NCBI GenBank assembly: GCA_000004985.1
Contig: GG738891.1
Length of the DNA stretch: 64,000 nt
Strand: one strand, 5' to 3'
Source of the DNA: Naegleria gruberi
Taxonomy: Eukaryota
This document shows positions 42,511-51,038 of the stretch, piece after piece. Under the pieces are notes generated by a model, which saw only the letters and a list, made by a program, of their open reading frames with translations, did not search any database and had not been told where the DNA came from. The translations under genes and the position numbers were made by a program. Every line of letters starts with the position of its first letter. Position 1 is the stretch's first letter.

Positions 42511-42787
42511 TACCACTAGACCATGGTCCCTTACGTTTAAAATCCATTATATTTAAAATTGGTGCCTATAATACGGACTACATCTATTTTCCTTGTGTGA
42601 TTCATTACAAAAGGATGGCTATTCAAAACTTTAGAAGGTTACAATTTTAAATGTACTTTGCATGTTACTCACTATTTTTAGTGTCCCAATAGATTTCACT
42701 CACATTCTATTGAAGGTGTTGTGAAAAAAAAAGCACCAACAACCAATACCTTTACTAATCGCTCACTGCCAGCAGTTCATTACCAAC

Positions 42788-43789
42788 ATGTTTACCTTCG
42801 AAGACGAAGAAGCTGAACAAGGTTTTCCATTTGAAAACTCAACCCCAGAGCAAATTATTAACCATCTACAAACTCATGACCATCCTGAAACAATCATCAA
42901 TTCTCAACAAGTGCTTATCATGGCTGTTGAGAATTGTAAAGATTGTTATGAACAGGGAGAAGAGGAAGACTACGTGGAATGGTTCAAATTATGTGAATAT
43001 TTAACATCCAAAAGTGGAGTTAATATTAATGTTTGTAGATGTATTGAAGATGACTATGATTATCCATTATCAATTGCCATTGAATCGTGCGATTTAAAAT
43101 TGATAGAATTGATACTCTCTCATGGAGCTGATCCAAATAATGGAGCTGGTTTCAGATGTAGAAATGTAATGATTAACCTTGCAATTCAAGAAGGATCGAT
43201 GGATATTTTGAAATTATTGCTAAAATATGGAGCTGATGTCAACAAATTCAATACAGTGCATTGTGGAAGATTCTCTCCATGGAATTGTGCCTATTCGAAT
43301 CAAGAGTTTGAAATATTGGATTTTCTCCTAAATCTTCCAAATATTTCTCTAAAGAATTCAAGAATTTTTCATGAAGCTTCTGCGAATGGAGATGTGAAAA
43401 TGGTTGAATTATTAATTAAGAATCATTTTCCAATTTTGGATTTGAATCATGGTAATTATTCAACTCCATTATTTGAAGCATGTAAGGGACAATTCGTTGA
43501 AGTTGTGAAATTACTTGTTCCTCTGCCAGGAATTGACATTAATTTGGGAAGCTATTCTGGAAGAATGGAAACACCTTTACAAAATGCAATTCGAAATTCA
43601 AATATTGAAATTGTCAGTTTGCTAATTTCACACGGAGCCATATTTACAGAATCTGATAGTTTGGAAGCACATAATAATGCAGGTATCAATCTTTATCAAA
43701 TCAAACTTCAAACACAACCAGTTTCGCAACTTCAAAAATTGCTACATTCTAACCTTGCACTTTCTGACACCACATTCGAATATCAATAA
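42788..43789 (+). CDS. ankyrin-repeat protein (333 aa)
   Basis: Repeated ankyrin signatures are present (LIELILSHGADPNNG; MDILKLLLKYGADVNKF; TPLFEACKGQFVEVVKLLV; TPLQNAIRNSNIEIVSLLISHGA). Confidence 0.75.
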   Translation: MFTFEDEEAEQGFPFENSTPEQIINHLQTHDHPETIINSQQVLIMAVENCKDCYEQGEEEDYVEWFKLCEYLTSKSGVNINVCRCIEDDYDYPLSIAIESCDLKLIELILSHGADPNNGAGFRCRNVMINLAIQEGSMDILKLLLKYGADVNKFNTVHCGRFSPWNCAYSNQEFEILDFLLNLPNISLKNSRIFHEASANGDVKMVELLIKNHFPILDLNHGNYSTPLFEACKGQFVEVVKLLVPLPGIDINLGSYSGRMETPLQNAIRNSNIEIVSLLISHGAIFTESDSLEAHNNAGINLYQIKLQTQPVSQLQKLLHSNLALSDTTFEYQ

Positions 43790-43835
43790 GAAGCATTCAA
43801 TTTAGTGTAAATATCAATAAATCTTTTTATATAAA

Positions 43836-44531
43836 TCAAACACTAACTTCCTTAATATTTGAATCAATATTTCTCAATCTTACAACACCAGAAACACAAC
43901 AAACAGTACAACAAATAACTCCAATGCATGCAAATATAGAAAATATGATCAAGAATGGAAGAAAGTAACGACCATGTGAATTGGGGATGAAATTATATCC
44001 AGTTGTGAAGAAGGAAACATAAATAAATATAAATTCCCATACGAAAACCAACATTCCCAAACTTAGAAAAACAACATGCAACAATGAAAATCTTGCAGTT
44101 TTGGTTGAATTTTGTTTGGTGGATAAAACTCCAAAAACACCACTCAAAATCAACAAGATTGCATTCAATGCCAACAATGGGAATTTCACAAAACTGACAG
44201 CAGGTGCATTGTGTGGACTTCCATTCGGATAAGTTGATGATGAATAATAAATTGCTCCAGCAATTAAATCTGCAAGAAGAAACATGGTAATAATTGCAGT
44301 TCCAATGAATAAAAGAATGGAGCCAATTGCAATGACTTTGGTTGTCTTGGGATTTTCATCATTTGCATTGTAAGCATGTTGAGGTGGTGAGGAGGAAACA
44401 ATATTCGAATCAATATCCGAATGAATAAGTGATTCTTGTTGATAGAGAAGAGGAGCAGAACTCTTCTCATATGGTTGTTGTGGTTGTTGTTGTTGATAAC
44501 TAACAGTATTACCTTGAAGATGTGGATACAT
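43836..44531 (-). CDS. tetraspan membrane protein (4 predicted TM segments)
   Basis: The likely start is ATG 44531 after a T10 run on the + strand (A10 on the sense strand). The ORF is open to 44624. The N-terminus is Q/P-rich. Four hydrophobic stretches follow, the last Cys-rich (ACIGVICCTVCCVSGV). Confidence 0.5.
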   Translation of the reverse strand: MYPHLQGNTVSYQQQQPQQPYEKSSAPLLYQQESLIHSDIDSNIVSSSPPQHAYNANDENPKTTKVIAIGSILLFIGTAIITMFLLADLIAGAIYYSSSTYPNGSPHNAPAVSFVKFPLLALNAILLILSGVFGVLSTKQNSTKTARFSLLHVVFLSLGMLVFVWEFIFIYVSFFTTGYNFIPNSHGRYFLPFLIIFSIFACIGVICCTVCCVSGVVRLRNIDSNIKEVSV

Positions 44532-45712
44532 TTTTTTTTTGACTTGATTGACAAGATTTGCTTTTCGTGCAGTTGAATTTATTTCACCTTCTTTATAAAG
44601 AATTAAAAAACGTTCTAAACACATTCTGTGCTCCTTCTAATGTTCCAGCTAGAAAGTCAAGCAAGTTATTGTAAGTTCGTCCACTACAGCAAAGTTATGA
44701 GAAAAAGGCAATCAATAAAATATTGTGATTTTTGACCAATCAATTTTTGGCTGGATTTTGATCATGATATTAAAGCTGTGCACTACTACATAAAACTGAG
44801 ACCAGGTAGGAGTACACACAATACATCAAATCGTTCTAGATGATCTCTAGAATTTGATTTTTGATAGCGTGAGATTCTAGTAACTATAATTTTGGAATTT
44901 GAATTGTTTTTAAGAAAAAAGAATCATTTTGGCCCAGTTTCTTGCTGAAGGTGAGTTTGGATGAAGAGTTAGAAACACACTTATATACGTAATACTGGTT
45001 TTGTGAAGAGGAGTTTTTCGCTCTTATTGAAATTTTAGAAGATCTTGCAAGAAAATAGAACCACTTTGGAAAGGGCAAGTAAATTTTGAAATAATTGACA
45101 AGAGAACCATGAGAAATCTTCAGACGGTGGTTGAAAAAATTGTTTTCAAATTGAGTTCAAGATCATTAGAAAAAGAATCGAAATTTACCGTGAAGTGGAA
45201 CATTGAAAAGTGTTTTCTCATATCTGATACCCTCCTATTATCACAAGCTTTCTCATCAAGACATAATGCCCTAAATCTTATAAGATTGAAATTCCTCTTC
45301 AAAGTCATCAATCTATTTCAATAAATAACAATAAAAATGGTTAAACTCCAACATCATGGTGATAAAGATAGTGAACTTCCCGATTAATTCAAGTATTAAT
45401 TTAAATCTGCATTTTGTAATTGCACTACTATTCATCCCCTTTGTAAACTCTCAATACCCATCCTTCAACAAATCCCATTGAATTTGAATTTCCAATCAAC
45501 ACCTATTCTTTCAAGATCTCTAAATTGCAATCAGATTCACAAATTCCATGTCACTTCATCATCAACTTCATATGAATGAATTAAATTTTCAATAAATATT
45601 TGAAAATGCACAATTTTAAAATAAAGGCCTCTCCTCAAAAAAATATCTCAACACCTTTAAACGCCACACTCCCTAACCGAGCAATATTAGTAGTCATATA
45701 TAAAACAGCAAG

Positions 45713-46635
45713 ATGAGTTCTCTCCCAACAACTTTCCCTACTGAATTTTTACATTCTCACACTCAAGTTAAGAAGAAGGAAGAGGATGTAACTACAAGTT
45801 TGTTCTCAAAGAAAGCCGAAAAGGAAAAGGAAATTGCTACAGTCCAAAGATTGGTTTCCTATGTTAATAATTTTAAAACTCCATCAAAGCAACCATTTAT
45901 TATTGGTGTTTGTGGTGGTAGTGCTTCTGGTAAAACAACTGTCTGTAGAGAAATTGTCAAGAGTTTGTCCGATAAGAGAGTTGTCGTTGTTTCTCAAGAT
46001 AGTTTCTATAGAAATTTGAATGAAGAAGAACGTGAACTTGCCAGAAATAACGTTTATGATTTTGATCATCCAGGTATGTGCTCTTGATTGTCATCATTTT
46101 GAAAATTAATTTTTCAATAATTAGATGCTTTTGATTATGAAGCCTTTGAGGAAACAACCAGAGAATTGAAGGCTGGTAATCCTGTCGATATACCAGTTTA
46201 TGATTTCAAGACTCACTCTAGAACAACTGAAACTGAACCTGTTGAAGGTGCCGATGTCATCATTATTGAAGGTATTCTCATCTTCTTCACCAAGGAAATG
46301 AGAGAATTGATGGATATGAAGATTTTCGTTGATACCGATGCAGATGTTAGATTGGCCAGAAGAAGTATGTAATAATTAGTAATATTAATAGTAATTATAA
46401 TAATAATATTTAAATAGTTAGAAGAGATACAAAGGAAAGAGGACGTGATCTTGAAGGAGTTTTGCTTCAATATGAAAGATTTGTCAAGCCATCATTTGAT
46501 GATTACATTATGCCTACAAAGAAGTATGCTGATATTATCATTCCAAGAGGTGGTGCTAATACTGTTGCTATTGATTTGCTCACCCAACACATTCATCTCA
46601 AGTTGTTGGTTTTGAGTGATAGTGCTTCTAAATAA
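45713..46635 (+). CDS. UCK: uridine kinase / uridine-cytidine kinase (3 exons)
   Basis: Exons are 45713..46073, 46125..46364 and 46418..46635. Introns are 51 and 53 nt (GTATGT..TAG, both phase 1). The joined sequence is [16 protein letters not shown]...[10 protein letters not shown]...[14 protein letters not shown]...[11 protein letters not shown]...[63 protein letters not shown]. Confidence 0.85.
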
Positions 46636-46712
46636 GTTTACAAAATTCTCATAATTATTTGAGAAAATGGAAAAGAATTCTTGTAAATAATTGTTTTAAT
46701 ATGAAATAAAAA

Positions 46713-47188
46713 ATGACAAATTCAACAACTCCAAAACAACCCTACAGAAGAGGAAGAAATTTTTTCACTAGAGCACTGTTTCATCCGAATACTTATTATC
46801 TGGTGCAATATGGTGGTTTGCTCACAATTTCTTATTTGATTTTAATTAAAACAAATTGGAAAGAAGGAACAATATTTTATGATGTGAGTTTTTGAAGAAT
46901 GAATTAGTGTACAATAATAATATCGGAAATTGGATTTTAATATTCATCATCATCTATTATAATTTATTTAATTGAATGAAAATATTTTGATTGAATTTTT
47001 ATCGGATTTAATTTTGATTGAATGATGTATTTAAATATTTGGAAATATTAATAATATTAATAACAATATTGGAAAAAATATAGTTTAAACAATATTTACA
47101 AGAAAAGAGAAGAAATTTACTTTCAATGAGTGAGGAAGAAATTCAAAAACAAAAGGAACTTCTCAAATTATCCAAAGAATCTAAATAG
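46713..47188 (+). CDS. small hypothetical single-TM protein (2 exons, ~91 aa)
   Basis: Exon 1 is 46713..46883. The intron is 46884..47083 (200 nt, GTGAGT..TAG, phase 0). Exon 2 is 47084..47188 (FKQYLQEKRRNLLSMSEEEIQKQKELLKLSKESK). This is a hand-built model only. Confidence 0.4.
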
Positions 47189-47216
47189 CCAATTATTATT
47201 AAATTATTTAAATCAA

Positions 47217-48633
47217 TTATTTTACATAAACTCTCTTCAATCTAGGTAATAAAGCAGTTACAACTTCATAGTTAATAGTATTGGACCAGTGTGACACCAT
47301 TTCACATGTCACTTCCTTACCATCTTGTTCACCAATTAAGACTACTTCATCATTGATTTTAACTCTATCTACAACAGTTGGAGAAATTTTAACTACAAAT
47401 TGATCCATGCAAATTCTACCAACTATTGGACACTCTTCACCTCTAATTAATACGTGGGCCTTACCAGTATTAATTCTCTTGTATCCATCTCCATAACCAA
47501 CTGGGACTAATGCAAGGGTTTCGTCATCCTCTGCAACTGTATAGGTATTTCCGTATGAAACTGGTGATCCCTTTGGGAATTTTTGAACTCTTCCAAGGTG
47601 CGAAACAACAGTGAGAGCAGGTTTCAATTTGAATGGAAGTCTTGGATCATCTCTATCATTACTTGGTGAAAGTCCATAAATTGAAATACCTGGTCTAATC
47701 ATATCCATGTGCATTTCTGGGAAGAATAGAGTTCCAGCACTATTGCAACAATGGTAAGTGAGTGGCTTTTCAAAAACTCTTGAAACTTGATGATTTTCAA
47801 TCATTTTCTTCACCTCCATGAATTTATAAAATTGCTCTCTCGTATAGTCTGGGCTCATCTCATCAGCACTTGAAAAGTGTGTAAATACTCCTGTAATTTT
47901 GATTCTATTGTACAATTTCATTGGATTAATAGTGAACCATCTCAAGAAATTTTCCAATTTTTCAGGATGAGCTCCAAATCTTCCCATTCCAGTATCAACC
48001 TTCAAATGTACATTAATGGTTTTATCTTGTTTTTCACATTCTCTAAACAGAGTTTCAACAATTAATCTACTGCCTGAAATAGTTGGAGTTAAATTGTAAG
48101 TGACACATTCCTTCACCTCCTCTGGAATGGCATAACCCAACACTAGAATTTCAATATTTGCATTTTCCTTACTCAAATTACTACGAATTTTAACACCTTC
48201 CTTCACTCTATTTACTGCAAATTGTTTAATTGACAATTCATTGTAAAGTTCCCTGACAACTGGTGTATCTCCGTGTCCTATAATATCATGAAATCATGAA
48301 ATTGGATTCGTCGTATGAGTGAAATTGTCATCACATCCGAAATTAATTTTTTCATCATTAACAAATATACATCATGAGAATATTTTCAACATCATGATTA
48401 AATATATTCCGATCCATAATTTACCTACCATAGGCATTGGCTTTAACCACTGGCATTACGTGAATATCCTGATTGTAGTTTTTAGCAAAATTTACAGTAT
48501 TTTCCACATTTTCAGTGATATTCCTCAAATTCACAATCGCACACGAAGTTGATTGTAGTTTTCGTGGCACATTGGACAAGGTTGTTCCCAAATGTTTTAA
48601 CAAGTTGGATGTTGTTGTTCCTTGTTTCATCAT
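47217..48633 (-). CDS. alr: alanine racemase, bacterial type (PLP-dependent; 2 exons)
   Basis: Exon 1 is 48429..48633. The intron is 48278..48428 (151 nt, GTAGGT..TAG, phase 1). Exon 2 is 47217..48277. The junction restores the PLP-lysine motif VMPVVKANAYG-HGDTPV. Further motifs are HLKVDTGMGRFG, VFTHFSSADE, IRPGISIYGLSP and the C-terminal beta domain (PVGYGDGY..; RICMDQFVV). The ORF-track start at 48648 is TTG, and the first ATG is 48633 after A8. Confidence 0.85.
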
Positions 48634-49282
48634 TTTTTTTCTGAGCAAATTGTTTGTTTACTTTCTTAAATTTGGACAATTTGTGAAAAGTTACTTATCG
48701 AGAGAAGATGATTGTAATTGCATTAGATTGGCATTGTTAATAGTGTGAATATTAAATGTTTATTTCAATAGATGTATTTATGAAATTGACTAATTCATGT
48801 TCATGTGAAAATTTGTGAATTTTAGTAGAAAATTGACTCAGTCAAGAAGAATTACACTCGTGAGGGTTGCAATCCTCTCAATAATATGGCGAATTTCATT
48901 TCATATTGAACTTTCACAATATGTTCATTGTAATCAAGTAATTTAATATATTTAAAAATCTTAACATTCAATCCTTTCCCATCTCTCAATTTAATCCATC
49001 CTCATGTCCCTTCCAAATTCTCCTATAATTATTCATCTCAATATTCTAAACATTTTCCTCCTCCCTAAACAGCAATTGCTTCTTCCTGAACATTCACCCA
49101 ACAAACCAACAGCAACAACAACCATATGAAAGATCATCATCCTCACCACCACCAACCAAGCAACCTTATCAACAAACCAATCAAGTCATTCACCACCCAC
49201 TCTCTATCCAACCACCAAATATCACTTCTTATCAAAAGACAAAGAAAAACCAATTGCTCTTGAATTTTTAAATAGATAAAAA

Positions 49283-50983
49283 ATGTTGTCATCATCATCG
49301 GGTGCTGATAATAACAACAAAAGCAGTAATAATAATAATAATAATAGAATGGATAATAGTACTAATAGCAATTGTAGCAACAACAACAACAGTAGCAACA
49401 GTAGCAATAATGTTGGTTTGGGAGGTTCTGGTAGTGCTCTGAAGGGATCGGAGGAGAAGAAGAAACAACAGGCTCCTATTAAAATTCTCAAGAAGAATGA
49501 TTTTAGACAGGATAATGATGAAGAGTTTTCAATGAGTCCAAAGTTAGTTACGAGAGGAGTTTTATCAGTTAAAATTCCACCTGCTAATGTTAATAGTAAT
49601 AATGGATCTCCCCTCCCTTCATATAAGAAGAGTTCAGCCTCGCCTTCAGCATCTTCACCACCAGCATCAGAATTATCTAAAGCTTTAGTATCATCGGAAG
49701 ATCATGATGGTCAAAGTCCATCACCAACAACATCTTCTTCTTATGAGGAGCAAGGAATTGCTGAAAATCATTTTATATTTCTTCCGAATCATAATGAATT
49801 GTTTAATCACTTTGCATTAGATATTGGTGGATCACTTGTCAAGATGGTTTACATGTTACCTTTTAGTGATAATGAATTTATTTATCAAACTCAAGATTCT
49901 GAAAGTAATGAACTTGAAGCTTATTATCATCAAGCTGTTAGTAGTGATGATGAAGAGGTTGATGGACAATTATCCATAAAATCACTTCCTCCACAATCAC
50001 CATTAATCATTTCAAAGGATGTTGATCATTTTTATGAATCTGAAAATGGTGTTAAAAAGAGAGGTTCTAAACTTTGTTTTGCTAGATTCCAAACACAAGA
50101 TATTGAACAATGTTTGAGTTTAATTGAAAAGTTACTGAAATTAGATGAATCAATAACTGGTTCATCAGAAGCTCCTTGTATTAAACATATTAATGCTACT
50201 GGTGGAGGTGCATTCAAGTTTTCAGCACTATTGAAAAATAGATTTGGTTTTGAAGTTAACAAGCTAGATGAAATGGAATCATTGATTAAGGGGTTAAACT
50301 TTTTATTGTTAAATATTCCAAATGAATCATTTACATTCACAAAGGAAAAGAAGAGAGAATACCTTTCTTTCCATGACAAGTTACATACAGATATTTTCCC
50401 ATATTTAATTGTAAATATTGGAAGTGGTGTGAGTATTGTTAGAGTTGATGATGTTGGTAAATTTGAAAGAGTTTCGGGAAGCAGTATTGGTGGAGGTACC
50501 TTCTGGGGTTTATCAAAATTATTAACAGGTTGTAATTCATTTGAGGAATTGTTGAAATTAACCAAGACTGGTGACAACAAAAAGGTTGACATGTTAGTTG
50601 GTGATATTTACGGAAGAGATTATGAAAAAATTGGTTTGAATTCTGATATTATTGCTAGTAGTTTCGGTAAAATGATTCAGTACAAAGCTGGAGAAGGTGA
50701 AGAACCAAAAGATGCCGATCTTGCTAAATCTTTATTATTTATGATTTGTAACAATATTGGTCAAATTGCCTATCTTAATGCTCTCAGATTTGGCCTTAAA
50801 AGAATATTTTTTGCTGGTTACTTTATCAGAAATCACGATGTCACAATGCACTACATTTCCTATGCCATCAACTTTTGGTCTAGGGGTGAAATTTCTGCCA
50901 CTTTTTTGAGACATGAAGGTTATTTGGGAGCAATTGGTTCCTTCCTTTCATCTCCTCAAAAAGATTCAGAAAATTCTGAATAA
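49283..50983 (+). CDS. PANK: pantothenate kinase, eukaryotic type II (fumble family)
   Basis: The N-terminus is low-complexity N/S-rich. The kinase region reads FALDIGGSLVKMVY...INATGGGAFKF...YLIVNIGSGVSIVRVDDVGKFERVSGSSIGGGTFWGLSKLLTG...VDMLVGDIYG...IASSFGK...IFFAGYFIRNH..TMHYISYAINFWSRGEISATFLRHEGYLGAIG. Confidence 0.85.
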   Translation: MLSSSSGADNNNKSSNNNNNNRMDNSTNSNCSNNNNSSNSSNNVGLGGSGSALKGSEEKKKQQAPIKILKKNDFRQDNDEEFSMSPKLVTRGVLSVKIPPANVNSNNGSPLPSYKKSSASPSASSPPASELSKALVSSEDHDGQSPSPTTSSSYEEQGIAENHFIFLPNHNELFNHFALDIGGSLVKMVYMLPFSDNEFIYQTQDSESNELEAYYHQAVSSDDEEVDGQLSIKSLPPQSPLIISKDVDHFYESENGVKKRGSKLCFARFQTQDIEQCLSLIEKLLKLDESITGSSEAPCIKHINATGGGAFKFSALLKNRFGFEVNKLDEMESLIKGLNFLLLNIPNESFTFTKEKKREYLSFHDKLHTDIFPYLIVNIGSGVSIVRVDDVGKFERVSGSSIGGGTFWGLSKLLTGCNSFEELLKLTKTGDNKKVDMLVGDIYGRDYEKIGLNSDIIASSFGKMIQYKAGEGEEPKDADLAKSLLFMICNNIGQIAYLNALRFGLKRIFFAGYFIRNHDVTMHYISYAINFWSRGEISATFLRHEGYLGAIGSFLSSPQKDSENSE

Positions 50984-51038
50984 GCTGTAAATATGTATTG
51001 AATTGTATTAAAAGAAATATATTTATTAAATTTACAAT

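Larger units (their letters stand above)
41683..42530 (-). tRNA. tRNA-Pro (UGG) gene, interrupted in the D-loop (probably inactive)
   Basis: The 5' part 42530..42511 reads GGGACCATGGTCTAGTGGTA on the minus strand. The 3' part 41742..41683 reads TAGTGGTATGATTCTCGCTTTGGGTGCGAGAGGCCGTGGGTTCGATTCCCACTGGTCCCC. Removing 41743..42510 and one copy of the 8-bp repeat gives a canonical 72-nt tRNA-Pro. Confidence 0.85.

Noticed and set aside
41683-42530. I considered whether the 768-bp interruption of tRNA-Pro could be a giant tRNA intron or a split-tRNA arrangement.
   Set aside because: The interruption is in the D-loop rather than at the canonical 37/38 site. It is flanked by an exact 8-bp duplication of exon sequence. 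The insert contains A8 and A7 runs on the + strand, which are T-runs (Pol III terminators) on the tRNA-sense strand. An insertion is the simpler reading.
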